Part shown: one piece after another, positions 50,830-62,828 of the stretch | How positions within the stretch are numbered: position 1 is the first letter of the stretch | Layout of the letters: each line of letters begins with the position of its first letter | Notes under the pieces: generated by a model | The model's input: the letters and a program-made list of their open reading frames with translations, nothing else | Database searches by the model: none | Told to the model about the DNA's origin: nothing | Program-made: the position numbers and the translations under genes | Assembly: GCA_026023565.1 (NCBI GenBank) | Contig: JAPETS010000010.1 | Span: forward strand, 434,001-498,000 | DNA: 64,000 bases | Source of the DNA: Cirrosporium novae-zelandiae | Lineage: Eukaryota | Direction: 5' to 3'

Positions 50830-52008
50830 TTAAACCATCAACAGTGGAGCATTGTTTTTCTCGAGAAATGCATTAGCACCATCGCAACCTTTACAAAGCA
50901 CCATCATCATAATCGATACATCGTCCGCGTCATCAGCAGTAGCATCCTCAAGGAAGTCCGTGAACTCCATTTCCGAGATTTCCCAGGCTCGATGCTCCCG
51001 ATATACCTTCTGCCAGTGAAACGCGCTCTTGGCCTTCCATAATCGCTTCTGCGCCGTGAACGGGAGAGTTACCAGTGTTCCAACAACGGAGCACCAGCCC
51101 CGTCTACAGACGCGATATACGCCTTGAACCAGATAGCCGAAGATAACGGAGCGACGGACACTTTCGGCGAAGATGTAGCTGCGCCAATTGGACGCTTCGA
51201 TGGCGTTCTCAATGGAACCAGGATCGCGGAATCGGGAATTTAGTTCTTCTACCCAAGTCGCCAGGATTGGCATCTGTGCTTCAGCGATGCTTCGTTGTCT
51301 AATATCTCCGTCGAAAAGTCGGATTATCTGGTATATCGTAAGGGCCTGCACGCACGCCAAGTGCTCTCCTAAAGTCCAGGGATCCCCTCGATTTACGAGG
51401 CGAGTCACCTTGGCATCTAGAACACGGAAGACGAGGTCTTCTTGTGCTGGCGATTTAGCTGCATATAGGGCCGAGACTGCCAGGAGATCTTGGATTGTGC
51501 TTGGCATATAATTGTCGTAGAGATGGCGATGGATGAAAGGGGTTTCTCCCTCAAAGACAAGGAGACGGGGAAAACTCTTGAATGTTGCCTGTGTATATGA
51601 TAACTGGTCTGTGTCCAGAGTAGTGTACTCGCTTGACCCATCATCCGCCGTTGAATCCCCTATCACAGGTAGAGTCTCTAGTATCATGTCTTCTACGTTG
51701 GTAAAATTGTCAAATAGGGGGGCTGATCCATCCATATTAGCTTCTAGGCCACCATCAATAGGCTGGGTTGTAACTAGTCCTTCCAGATTTCCCAGCCACA
51801 GGTCACCTTCTTTCTGCCCTACAACAGCTTCAGAGGGACAATTCTGCCTCGCGCATGCGAGTCCAGGATATTCGCATTGCCACTCCTTCCCGGCGCATCT
51901 TGTACATCGAGGGGTTTTCAGATCGCATCTTCGTTTCGCTTTTTTACATGCAGTGCAAGACTTTTGCCGTGGAGGGACATGCGTTGATGCGGAGTTCACG
52001 GTTGGCAT
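50830..52008 (-). CDS. Zn(II)2Cys6 transcription factor, intronless
   Basis: CTACKKAKRRCDLKTPRCTRCAGKEWQCEY; TPFIHRHLY, QALTIYQIIRLFDGDIRQR, FAESVRRS. Confidence 0.93.
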   Translation of the reverse strand: MPTVNSASTHVPPRQKSCTACKKAKRRCDLKTPRCTRCAGKEWQCEYPGLACARQNCPSEAVVGQKEGDLWLGNLEGLVTTQPIDGGLEANMDGSAPLFDNFTNVEDMILETLPVIGDSTADDGSSEYTTLDTDQLSYTQATFKSFPRLLVFEGETPFIHRHLYDNYMPSTIQDLLAVSALYAAKSPAQEDLVFRVLDAKVTRLVNRGDPWTLGEHLACVQALTIYQIIRLFDGDIRQRSIAEAQMPILATWVEELNSRFRDPGSIENAIEASNWRSYIFAESVRRSVIFGYLVQGVYRVCRRGWCSVVGTLVTLPFTAQKRLWKAKSAFHWQKVYREHRAWEISEMEFTDFLEDATADDADDVSIMMMVLCKGCDGANAFLEKNNAPLLMV

Positions 52009-52264
52009 TAGCGGCTAGGTTCACTGACTGCAGTTGTCTAATTAGTTCGAAATCTGAAAGTCTAGCTCGGCAAGATCATCTGATCACAAGTCAAATATAA
52101 ACATAGATCCAGTAAAGATAGGAGTGGAGTTCCAAAAAAAGGGTAGCATAGGCTTGAGGGAGAGCATTACTAGTGTGATTGATTTATTTGAATAAAAAGC
52201 AGGATCTTGGATGACTGGCTATCTTCATCATGACAAAGTCTATTTGTAAGCTATTGGGGATATT

Positions 52265-52310
52265 AGACGGATTTAACGCTTCACGTCAGACGGATTTAAC
52301 GCTTCACGTC
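52265..52310. repeat. Perfect 23-bp tandem duplication
   Basis: AGACGGATTTAACGCTTCACGTC twice (52265-52287, 52288-52310). Confidence 0.95.
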
Positions 52311-52413
52311 ACACGTATACAATTACACTAATTCATCCATGTAAAAGAAGGGGTATTTATTTAGTGATATCTATCCTCATATTGAATAAAAAGAAGAGTT
52401 CTCCTCGGAAATT

Positions 52414-54020
52414 CTAGTTTTTTCCTTCAATACGAAGTTTGTCGTAATTGATGACCGATTCAAGTAAAACTTGTGCGCCAATTGCGCTTTCTTGGTATTT
52501 AGCAATCTCACAAAATAAATACGGAATAGAGTAAACTTACCAGTCGAAAGGGCTACAATATTCTTCTGGGTGGTGGCTCACCCCATTTTTACAGGGAACG
52601 AATATTATCGCTGTTGGGCAATGCCGATTCGTATAAATACTATCATGTCCTGCCCCACTTGTTATTTCCATACATCCATCTTCGCCTACAAGATCAATCG
52701 CGGCAGTTTTCACAGCATTAAGACAATCTGGGTGAAACCGAACAGCTGGGCTATCTGTATCAATAGTCCATGTTAGATCGACGCCTTTCCCATCTTCACT
52801 GGCAATTTCCTGGAACCGTTTGAAACACTTCTTTTCAATTTCATACACAACCGAGTCATCAGGATGTCGAATATCGAGCGTGAATATTGTACTTGATGGC
52901 AGAGTATTAGTGGAAGAGCTTCTAGGTATTTTGATGACTCCCGTCGAGGCTAACCCTCCTAACGCTTTTGCTGTGGTAGAAGAATATGCTATCATCTTCG
53001 CAGCGGCAAGTAAAGGATCTTGTCGCGCACTGAATGGAGTGATGCCCGTATGTGCATCTCTTCCCGCTATTGTGAATGTGTACCAACGATACCCTTGGGT
53101 CCCTTGAACAATACCAATTGTTTTGGATGAACTCTCGAGAATTGGACCTTGTTCAATATGAAGTTCGAAGTGAGCCCCAAGAGGAAACGTAGTCGAGCTA
53201 CAGCTCATGTCGCCGGCATATTTATGTTTTTCAAGCTCTGATCCTAAGGTAATCGAGGGATTGAAAATGTCAGGGAGGCTCAGTGCTTCAGCGATGGGTG
53301 TCACACCAGCCCAGACCCCGGAGGCACACATCGACTTTGGAAAGCGGGCCCCTTCCTCACTGCCAACCATCAAATATTAGTTACTTGCTCTATTAACATG
53401 TATAGGGCAAACGAGCATCGGATTTTGTATACTTTGTCCAGTCCACCACTCCGACGTCAAAATTTGTCTTCCAGTTATTTTCGTGCATAGTCCGTAGCAC
53501 TTCCACACCTGCTAGGACTCCAAGAATTCCATCATAACGCCCTCCACGCGGCTGCGTATCTAGATGGCTTCCCATCGCTGTCATCGGCTCTGATGGCTTT
53601 AGACTTCCTGGTCTTTTCGCAAAAATGTTGCCCATTTGATCAACCGTTACTGCACAATCCAGGCTTTCGGTCTCTTGAATAAACCACTTTCGTACTTTTG
53701 CATCGGCTTCAGAAAGGGAAAGCCTGGCCATGCCAGTTTCTGTAGGGCCTCTGGAATGGCAGTTACACCTATCAGTTGATCTGACTCTAAAAAAGAGTGC
53801 AAGCTAGAAATGGGAATGCTTAGCTGCACCAAAGATTAGTGATGTGTACTGACGGCCCATATCGGTGGGCGGAACCCCATTTACATGTATGGTGAATTGT
53901 CTCTTGTAGTCGATTAGCATTAATCTTGAGGTCCGAGAGACGTTTAACCGGGGTTATAGAGAACTTTCTTAATGGAGAGATAAGATTCATGTTCATGTGT
54001 AAAACTGAATTAGCTATCAT
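52414..54020 (-). CDS. M20-family N-carbamoyl amino acid amidohydrolase (beta-alanine synthase/allantoate amidohydrolase-like)
   Basis: GSHLDTQPRGGRYDGILGV, WTNEEGARF after splicing, HFELHIEQGPILE, GRDAHTG, SGAGHDS, SHHPEE; three introns (first 53751-53853). Confidence 0.92.
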
Positions 54021-54282
54021 TAGAGTCTTTCCCTCTTCAAGGAGAGGGGCAGTTGCCTCTGTAGAAGTAGGTACTTAGTCATGTTGATAACTAATGATGA
54101 TCTGGAAGCTATACGCGACTAAAGCTTGTATATCTAGCCGATAGTTGTCTCCAACCTTGCAGCACTTCAGCTACAATGAGGTTGAAATAGAGTTGTTAAG
54201 CCACCAAATCAACGCTCGGGTATCATCCAGCAGAGTCCGCACTCTAAATTCACCAAGATCTATTCCTAGATTGCCACCGTTC

Positions 54283-54342
54283 AGAAGAAGAAGAAGAAGA
54301 AGAAGAAGAAGAAGAAGAAGAAGATGATGATGATGATGATGA
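54283..54342. repeat. Compound microsatellite (GAA)n(GAT)n
   Basis: Uninterrupted GAA run switching to a GAT run. Confidence 0.95.
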
Positions 54343-54663
54343 GGGATAAGCTCTCTCTTCAATGGGCGGAATAGATATTATGTAATGAAGTGCAAAGGTA
54401 GGCATGGCAAGCACAGGCCTGGGTATAGGACGCAATATTATCAAAAAGATTCGTTTTGGTAAAACTTATATCCTCTTTTGCCTTATTTACATAGATTTCC
54501 CTTATAGAGGTACTTTCTAGTATTACATTTGAATTGTTATGTTACTGTAACAGAGATAGAGTGAACTATACTGGGCAATTAAGATTATATCTTGCCATCA
54601 TAGCCTCCCATACTTGGAAAATGCTTCCTTCTACTAAGCATCTTGTAACTCTTCTCTTCTACA

Positions 54664-56070
54664 GACATTGCTCTTGATGGATACGATCAAGGTGACTCTG
54701 TCTAAGTAAACAACCCTTTCATCGGTTATAAGAAACTGGCCTTTTTTATTATAGGGATGATATCCCTTATAAAAACCAACTACTCCTACCTTCATACCAT
54801 GCGTGTATCTAGTGAAGACCCCCTCATGGGAGTCATATTATTAATATAATGCCTTCGAACAGCTATCGGCGCAGTACTGGCATTCTGGTGTGCGGATAGA
54901 AAGAGCAAAAAGTCCAGCATCTGTCTTTGCATTGCTATTGCCAGTCTCAGACACCTGATTTTGTTTGTCGTAGGATAGGGTCCTGAAGATCGGGAAACTG
55001 GGTTTGCGATTATGTTTCGTGGGAGAATTATCATGGGGTTAGCATCGATGTAGTTGTTCTGGTTTATCCGTCCGAATTGTCGAGTGATAACAAGTGTGGT
55101 TGGCATCTGGCTCAGGAGTTTTAATGAATATCTTGAAGCAGAATATTACTTTTGTGATTAATATTCTAGTAATTAACTTCCTCGGGAAAGATTCGTAGCG
55201 GGCGTGGAGGGTTCTCATTATTGTGATGCAGATGCTCCCTGCATTCTTGATTGTGATGTGTGGAAATTTGTCTTAAACTCCCCGATGGTTTGCATTTCAC
55301 GGATGCAAGGCGGAAGCCAGGGGGGCATTGTAGCAAGTGGTGAGTCATAGGGAATATGCCGATGAAAGACTATAGGAATTGGTGAAGGCTCAGGAGGTTT
55401 CACCTAAGCTAATATTCTACAGCAGCATGCTCTCACCAAGAGGGTCTCCGTTTCATCCGACCGTGGTCACCATAATGGTGCACGTGAATCAGGCCCTGAT
55501 AGGATATGGCGCGGTACTGGTGTATGGGCCGTAAATGTTTGAGTTGTTAGGTTTTGATACGAGTACTGCGGAATACTTGGCAGTTGACCGACCGTATCGA
55601 TCATCGTACTTTAATGATAAGGGGATCTGTGATTATGACATTGAGCTTTGCGCTTCTAGCCTTACTTGGTGGTCTTGCCTATAACGCTGGAAATACTCAC
55701 ATTCAAAATCTGGCGCTTGCCCTCCCTAGCAGCGTCGCACTATTCAGCGCTACCGCCACCCTCGGTATCGCCTGGATTTCAACAGTATGGTTAATTCTAA
55801 TGGAAATATGTCCATCTTCGATAAGGACTTAAGGAACCACCACCTCAGTTATCGTGTGGGAAATTGCCAATTCTGTTGTTACATTTCTAGCTCCCATTCT
55901 TCAACAATCTTTAGTATTGGCTGTTCTTGATATTTGCGGCGACTAATGCACTTGCAGAGTGGTGGACCTAGGTGTACCAGAGACTAGAGGACGAAGTTGC
56001 GAGGATCATATTAAATTCTTCGAGAGTGCGAAGGAGGAGGAGTCATGGAAAGTGTCAAGGGTAGATAAGG
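54664..56070 (+). pseudogene. MFS sugar porter pseudogene
   Basis: Fragments IALDGYDQG, FWCADRKSKK, FRGRIIMGL, LTDRIDHRTLM, WLILMEICPSSIRT*G, VPETRGRS in the expected order, broken by stops and frameshifts. Confidence 0.75.
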
Positions 56071-56317
56071 GATAATATCGACGTATGCCCGAGGAGAAAG
56101 GCACTGAGAATGGAGAGATACAATCGTTGCTGGAGGTTCGTTGGTCATCGCAAGATAGTGTTGGCCGGTATGAAAATGACTTTTTGCAAGAGTTTTGTTA
56201 ATTCTTTTAGCCTGTCTCAATGATGACACGGAACGCCTACCTAGATTAGGGCCACCTTGCCGCCTGTAATAAATACTAAAAGCGCTTTTCAACCTTTACT
56301 CTCCCTCATTTCTGGTT

Positions 56318-59296
56318 TCACTTCTTAAGGAACCCCTCCAGTTCTCTGCCAATCTCTTTCTCACTTAGTCCCATTTTTCGCAGCATCACTGCCGCCCAGT
56401 GCAATACCTGCATTGACTCTTCGCGAGGAAGCCGTCGTGGGTTGATTTTCTTGTCTATAGAATTAATAGGCACTCCTTCACTAAGTTCCAACATTGCGCC
56501 TCGTTCAATTATTCGTAGGCTGGAGATGTTGGGAGGTACTGAATTGTGTAGTGATAATTCAAAGTCATTTCGTTTTGCTTCTTCAAAAGGCATGCCTAGG
56601 CCTTTCTGCTGAGAGGGAAGCCTCATTATTCCACTGTCTTCATGGAATTTATCCGTCATGTCTTCGACTTTATCCACCCATGTATTCCAAAGGGTTTGAC
56701 CGGCTAGGCTTCCTTGATAATCGACAACTCCTTGTAGGAATATATTAAATGCGTGTAGTGGTAGTTTCGTTCTGTATGATGTGTTGAGATTGTCTATTTT
56801 AAAACCACCTAAGCTGCTAGAATAGTCGGAGAATATCGTTAGAAGTACCCTGGCTCTAATACGTTGAGGGGAAAATTCTCCTATCATGTCAAAAAGAGAC
56901 TCTTTCGTTAAAATATGTCGTACTAGTCCTTGAACCTTTCCCAATGATTCATTATTTGCATGAATGTCCGAGTCGTCCAGTATCGTTTTAGAGAAATATT
57001 CTAGACGAAGTATTTCTCTTAATAATTCTGCAATGTCCGATAGCTGAAATTTTAGCTTAGAAATGCGAGAATAGTGATCCACGAGGGCAGTGGCTGCAGT
57101 CCAGTCGCTAAAATGCACATGCGCATGGAATAAGGCTCGAAGGACCTCATCTGTGTATGGGGGATCTAGTTCATGGAGGATCATCTCCAATAAAGGATTA
57201 TCCGTAGTTTTCGTAGCAAATCTAATCAATGATGGAGTCAAGCTATGAACTGGGAACGCCTGTCGCGAAATCATCGGACCATCTGGGTCAGTTGCATAGA
57301 GGAGCCATCTTCCGACAGAGAATACTTTGGTTTCAGTGGTAAGATCGAGGAAATTAGCAAGAATTTGGCTGGGAATCTGAGCAAAGAACCCCGGAAAGCC
57401 TTTAATCATGTCACTGTCTAAGATACTACTCAGCTCGTTGTCACTATCGGCCGTACTGTGCTGTTTCAATTCCTCGATGAATTGGCTAATCGACTTTTGT
57501 TTGTTTCTGTCGACATAGCCCTGCAATCGGGAAAATATTCTTAAAGCACCCGAAACGTTTCCGGAGCATACATGGGCATCCAAAGCTCGGTGTAGAAGAC
57601 CTATGGTCAAAGCAGACTGGTCAAGAGTAGATGGGGGGGGGAAGGCTGCAAATTCCAAGTCTTTCAGACCTTGGCCAACGCTCAAATTAGGAAAGAATGT
57701 GGGTGCAAAGTCGAAAAGCCTTTCTAGTGCAGCAGGATCTTGTTCGGGGTCAATTCCCTGAGTCTGTAAAAGACGCACAATAATTGAGTTCCATGAATTC
57801 GGTCCGAGTTCACATCCATCTCGCTCTAGAATATCCTTCATCTGCCATAAGTGGTCATATATAAGCCCTGATGGAAGACCCCTGGTTCCAACACTCGTTT
57901 GCATTGTGTGAATTAAACCATCGATTGTAGCAACAACAACTTCGCTACTAATGGTGCGATCACCCATCTCAACGATTGGCCGATCTACACTGTAGCCCTC
58001 AACCCTCCCAAAGAGCCCATTCCACCGAGATTTGGCCCTTTCCAGATCGATACGAGGTGTAGTACTTTTTTTCTCCACGCCCGATTTCCGTAAAGAATCC
58101 CAACTGACAACCGACCATCTACTTCCTTGTTTCCGTGAATTCCGTAGTTTGTTCAAAATCCAGGCCGATTCTGGCAAGAAACCACCCTCTACACAAGACC
58201 AAAGGACAAGTTCAAGCCAGACTTCTGGCCCTAATTCTCGAAGTCTTAATCTATACCGTGCTCCTGGTATTTCAAACCATCGATAAACGTGTTCGGAACT
58301 AGCTGCTGCTGCTTCCGCTGCATGTTTTTCCTGAGCTCTCCAAACGGCATCAGATAATGTACTTAGAATTCTGGAAGACAAAATGTGCAAAGTTGGAGGG
58401 CGTTGGAGCACCCAAGGACTGAGCGAAGGACTATGTGTGTATATATTGTCTGGAATAAAGCCAGCATGATGAAGGCTAGCCAGAATTTGGTAGACATTGC
58501 TCATTACAGCTGATGAGTCTCCAGGGCTCAATTCAGCAGCGCTAAGAATCATAGAGCCTAAGCTTTGCCATACTTCCCTTAGTGCAAGATCTCTGACAAC
58601 AATGTTACTAGCATTTTCCTTGAGTGGTCGAGAGAATAGGACATCGGATGTTAGCTCATCCAAGCTAGAGTCAGTAAATCCGCGATCTGAGGGTGGACGT
58701 TCGAAGCAGATTGCCGAAGTAGTCAAAATATCTAAAGGCGAAAGCTTATCACGTAGAAAAGGAAATAGAGACGGAGGGGATTCTACATGTGAATCTAACT
58801 CTTCATTAGGTAGAATCCTCTCCAAGATCCAGAAAACAGCATTCCAACGATTGAGCTTCACTCCAAGATGCTCCAAAAGGTCGAAATTGGCTATTTTCCG
58901 AGCCACGCGAAGGATGTCTACCAACTCCTGGGAGGAAAATAATCTATCTTCTCCTTGAACCTCATTGGCCCGTAGATCCGAAGTGAATAATTGGTCAAGA
59001 AGTGAAATCCAGGCATCAATTTGACCTCGCGACGATAATGAAGGTAGGTTAATACCCAACGGCAAATCCCGAGGGACGTATGGGAGCGCATCACTGCGAG
59101 GTGGCTTCGAGAAAATTCCAGTTGCTGCTGTTGAAATATTTCTATCACCTCTTTGGCGGATACTGCTGCAATTTTGGATGTGTTTTGTTCTTCCCACTGT
59201 TGTAGCAGCAGCAATCAAGTAACCCGGTATGGGCCGGGGAATCGTTATAAATGGGTAAAAAGTCCTGCCAAGCGCAGAACATAGCGAAAAATGCAT
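56318..59296 (-). CDS. Large intronless helical protein, probably mitochondrial and PPR-like
   Basis: 992-aa ORF; Arg/Ser/Thr-rich, acid-poor N-terminus; helical-repeat-like segments (LHRALDAHVCSGNVSGALRIFSRL, LRALFHAHVHFSDWTAATALV). Confidence 0.65.
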   Translation of the reverse strand: MHFSLCSALGRTFYPFITIPRPIPGYLIAAATTVGRTKHIQNCSSIRQRGDRNISTAATGIFSKPPRSDALPYVPRDLPLGINLPSLSSRGQIDAWISLLDQLFTSDLRANEVQGEDRLFSSQELVDILRVARKIANFDLLEHLGVKLNRWNAVFWILERILPNEELDSHVESPPSLFPFLRDKLSPLDILTTSAICFERPPSDRGFTDSSLDELTSDVLFSRPLKENASNIVVRDLALREVWQSLGSMILSAAELSPGDSSAVMSNVYQILASLHHAGFIPDNIYTHSPSLSPWVLQRPPTLHILSSRILSTLSDAVWRAQEKHAAEAAAASSEHVYRWFEIPGARYRLRLRELGPEVWLELVLWSCVEGGFLPESAWILNKLRNSRKQGSRWSVVSWDSLRKSGVEKKSTTPRIDLERAKSRWNGLFGRVEGYSVDRPIVEMGDRTISSEVVVATIDGLIHTMQTSVGTRGLPSGLIYDHLWQMKDILERDGCELGPNSWNSIIVRLLQTQGIDPEQDPAALERLFDFAPTFFPNLSVGQGLKDLEFAAFPPPSTLDQSALTIGLLHRALDAHVCSGNVSGALRIFSRLQGYVDRNKQKSISQFIEELKQHSTADSDNELSSILDSDMIKGFPGFFAQIPSQILANFLDLTTETKVFSVGRWLLYATDPDGPMISRQAFPVHSLTPSLIRFATKTTDNPLLEMILHELDPPYTDEVLRALFHAHVHFSDWTAATALVDHYSRISKLKFQLSDIAELLREILRLEYFSKTILDDSDIHANNESLGKVQGLVRHILTKESLFDMIGEFSPQRIRARVLLTIFSDYSSSLGGFKIDNLNTSYRTKLPLHAFNIFLQGVVDYQGSLAGQTLWNTWVDKVEDMTDKFHEDSGIMRLPSQQKGLGMPFEEAKRNDFELSLHNSVPPNISSLRIIERGAMLELSEGVPINSIDKKINPRRLPREESMQVLHWAAVMLRKMGLSEKEIGRELEGFLKK

Positions 59297-59697
59297 CTTA
59301 CCTAATTTCTTGAAAGCCTCGGAGGGCTACCAGGTAATAAACCTGTAAATATGTAAGCCTAACGAACTGTTCCAATTATTTGGACTAATAAGGGATCGAC
59401 AGAGTTTTTGAATAAAGGCGGTGCAAAGAAAATAAAGGATAGCGGGAATTATTATAGTCTCGCGTACGCTGAAGAACCATCTTAAAGAGTTGTTTGAACT
59501 GAATATAAAGGGTGACTAGATAATGATATGTAATGAGGTCTTAGGTATTTAAGCATCACCAAGTTAATCAAAATAATAAGGAAGAGTCCTGACAAGATTT
59601 AACGCTCTGACGTACTTGTAGTGCTGTAGGTGTTTTGCACTGGAGCTTACTGCTGCCTACCGTAAAACCCCCCAACTGAACTGCTCCACCCGACAAG

Positions 59698-59703
59698 ACG
59701 CGT
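59698..59703. promoter_or_regulatory. MCB box (ACGCGT) upstream of the zf-PARP gene
   Basis: gACGCGTcgc about 270 bp upstream of ATG 59973. Confidence 0.4.
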
Positions 59704-59741
59704 CGCAAACAGAGCTCAACTGTCAATTTCACAACAACGCC

Positions 59742-59774
59742 TTGTTGTTGTTGTTGTTGTTGTTGTTATTGTTT
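59742..59774. repeat. (TTG)n microsatellite
   Basis: Run of TTG units with one TTA interruption. Confidence 0.9.
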
Positions 59775-59972
59775 TATGATTGCGACCTGCAGTATTGCAA
59801 TCGGAAGTACTATCTTCTACCAGTGAGCTAGTACTTCTTCTTACCCAGTCGCACATTTTAACCTGAACAGCAAAACCCCTAAACATATTTGAGGTTAATC
59901 CCTCCGCGCATTAACAAAGAACTTTGACCAACTCGGTCTAAATATTGAGATCCGGGAAACTAAGAGGAGATC

Positions 59973-61359
59973 ATGCCTGCCTATCGTATCGGTAAGTTAC
60001 TGTGTTAATCTATTCTCTTTTCAGTTTCTGCCCTACCCTGCTGCTGCTTCGTCGTTACATGACATCTATTTCTATCGAAGTTCTCTGATGTACTACCCAT
60101 AACGTTCAATTTCTATCCAAATTTGATTTTTATTCGCAACTTCGCTGTGATTAAAGGCCTATTGGATGCAAATAGTTGATTCTAAGAGATTTTTTGTCTA
60201 ACATTGCTCTAGAAATTTCCCCTAATAGACGCGCTGGATGTTCTGTTGGGCCTTGTAAGAAGCAAGGTGCCAAAATCCAAGTTGGCGAATTACGCTTTGC
60301 TTCTCAAGTGTCAATCCAAGATAAGACAAGCTGGTCATGGCGTCACTGGTTAGTCTTCCTAATCAGCGGTCCTGCGTATCCTAACTGATCGTTCTCGGGA
60401 TATAGGGGATGTATTTCACCGAGACAGATCGCGAACCTCAAAGAATTCCTTGAGGGAAACATGGAATTTCTCGAGGGTTTCGGAGAACTTTCTGAAGAAA
60501 ACCAGGCCAAAATTCTGAAGGCTCTTGAAGAGGGCCAAGTACCTGAGGAAGATCGCACCTACAGGGAGGAGAATACCGAGGAAAGCCCCCAAAAGCCAGC
60601 ACCTAAAAAGCGTGGCCGTGCCAAAGGCAAGGATGATGATGAAGTTGCTAAAGATAGTAATGAGAAGCCCCCACCTAAAAAACGTGGTCGCGCGAAGAAG
60701 GAGCCAGAAGAGGCCGTCGACGAGCTTCAGGAAGAGGAGCCTGCCCCGAAAAAGAAGCGTGTTTCCAGAAAGACCCAGAAAGAATCTGCTGAAGAAATGC
60801 AAATCGACGTCGTTGAAACTGAAGTTATGCCAAAGAAAAAGCGTGGTTCCAAGAAGGCCCAGGTAGAGACTATCGCGAATGTCGAAGCTAAGCTTGAAGC
60901 TGAACCAGAAGCTACTCCGAAGAAAAGGCGTGCTCCTAAGAAGACTCAAAAAGATGCCGAAGTGGAGGCTGAAGCGGAGGCTGCCCCAAAGAAAAAACGT
61001 GGCTCCAAGAAGATCCAGAAAGAGGCTACTGGGGATGTCGAAGCCGATGTCGAAGCCGAGGCTGCTCTAAAGCCTAAGAGAAAAGCTAGGGGCAGAGCTG
61101 CCAAGGTTGTAAATGATGATATGGAGGTCTCAGGTATTTCATGATTCCCTGAATGTTTGATATTCTATTGTTAACGGTTCCTCAGAGGATCAACCTGAAA
61201 GCGCCCCCAAAACAAAGACTAAAGCCAAGGGTAAAAAGCCAGGAAAGAATGCAGATAACAAGTAATTCAACTTCTCCTCAAAGTTTATGATATTATTCTA
61301 ACTCTTTCTTCAGACCTGAGGCCACTGTAGCCAAGACCCGCAAGTCCAAGACTAAGTAG
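59973..61359 (+). CDS. Stand-alone PARP-type zinc finger protein with Lys-rich repeated tail
   Basis: MPAYRI|EISPNRRAGCSVGPCKK..KIQVGELRF..WRHW|GCISP (C-x4-C..H-x2-C); repeated PKKRGRAK/PKKKRGSKK units; four introns, TAG at 61357-61359. Confidence 0.85.
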
Positions 61360-62828
61360 GATGTTTTGCATCGACTATGGGCCTCCTAGAACACGATCCA
61401 ACGGGTCCTTATACTCTTAAAAGTTTTTTTTCTTGTCATGTCCTACAAGACTCCAATACTGCGGCGAGTTCAAAGACTATGCTAGAGGTAATTCCTGGGC
61501 GATCTCATCGGCTTTTCCATGCTCTTTACGAATTCCGGCAAGTCAGTACTCTCATCATTTTTCCTTGCACGATACCCTTAGCTAGTGAATACCGCTTTGC
61601 GTTTGTACTCTAGCATGGTTCTGCTAGCTCAATTCACTAATGCTAAACAATCTACAACTTTGAAAGTTCATGGCAATGGAACGTGAAGCGGAGGACTTGT
61701 AGTGGGGTATGAAGTTATCCACTTCGTAATTATGTCCCCAGATTAGCATCTTCGGTATCAACCCTCGAAATACCCCCAAAGGTTCTTCAATAGCGAAAAT
61801 AAGTCTCTGTGTATGCTTGAATTGACAAGGAAAGTCGAGATGCTATTCACACAACCTGTCAGAAGGTCGGACTTCTTACATCTCAGCAAGCCCGACTCGA
61901 ATCCAACCAGTAGGTAGAACAAATTTGTGAAGGTATAGTAGAATTTACTAAATTCCTTTAATATATCTGTCTGGCAGCTTCTCACCAGTATCTGTATCCT
62001 ACCGATTCTTGCTAGAAGGTCATCGAACTTCTACAACAAGCCATGCACGGCCTTTTACAATCCAGATAATTCGAGCTGTACTTTCAGGTTTGGGATCCCT
62101 TTAATGTTGAAAGTATTTTTTTTGGAACGCCATGGTAAACAGGAGAAAACAAATGGACATGTTATAAGTGAGGAAAACTCTCCAACCCAGACACAGTCAC
62201 AAATTTCATGGTGTTTAGCCTTCAGAAGCTAGTGCTAAAAAATAATTGTTAATGTATTAACACTTACATACAAATAAGTGAATATGTGAGACTAATGATT
62301 TATGAGTGAATCTCTTAGCACATAAATATCAGTCTTCCGTTCCTTGTCTTCTATTTCTCTCCCTCCTTCCTACCATCTATCCATCTTTATCGAAGACCAT
62401 TAAATATTTCCGACTGAGATTGGAAGTCTTAATCAAGTCTCATTCTACCACCATTATTACCTACCATTATTTAACCATTACTTCTCACTCTCACCTTCTC
62501 TCAACTACAACTTGACCTATCTACAAAACTAATCTGTCGAGGTACGTTGTCTCAAGGTATGAAGCTCAGTTCTTTCCTCCTTTGATTTCTTCTTTAGCGA
62601 CATCACAGTTTAATATTAAGCTGTCTGCTTGAATAATGACATATCGACGCTAGATTTCAAACCTCCGCCTTGCTTAGACTTTCCCTTTTATGTTTTGTCC
62701 ACTATGTTCTGAAATACCTTAACAACTGACTTTAAGTTCTCCAGTAGTCCTAGCGACAGATATTGATAGATCAGTCTTTCCGTCTCATACCTATAACCTT
62801 GAGTTATTCGCTGTGTACTCTTATTACC

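Noticed and set aside
54145..54444. Poly-Arg, poly-Leu and poly-Ser ORFs
   Set aside because: Translations of the (GAA)n(GAT)n microsatellite.
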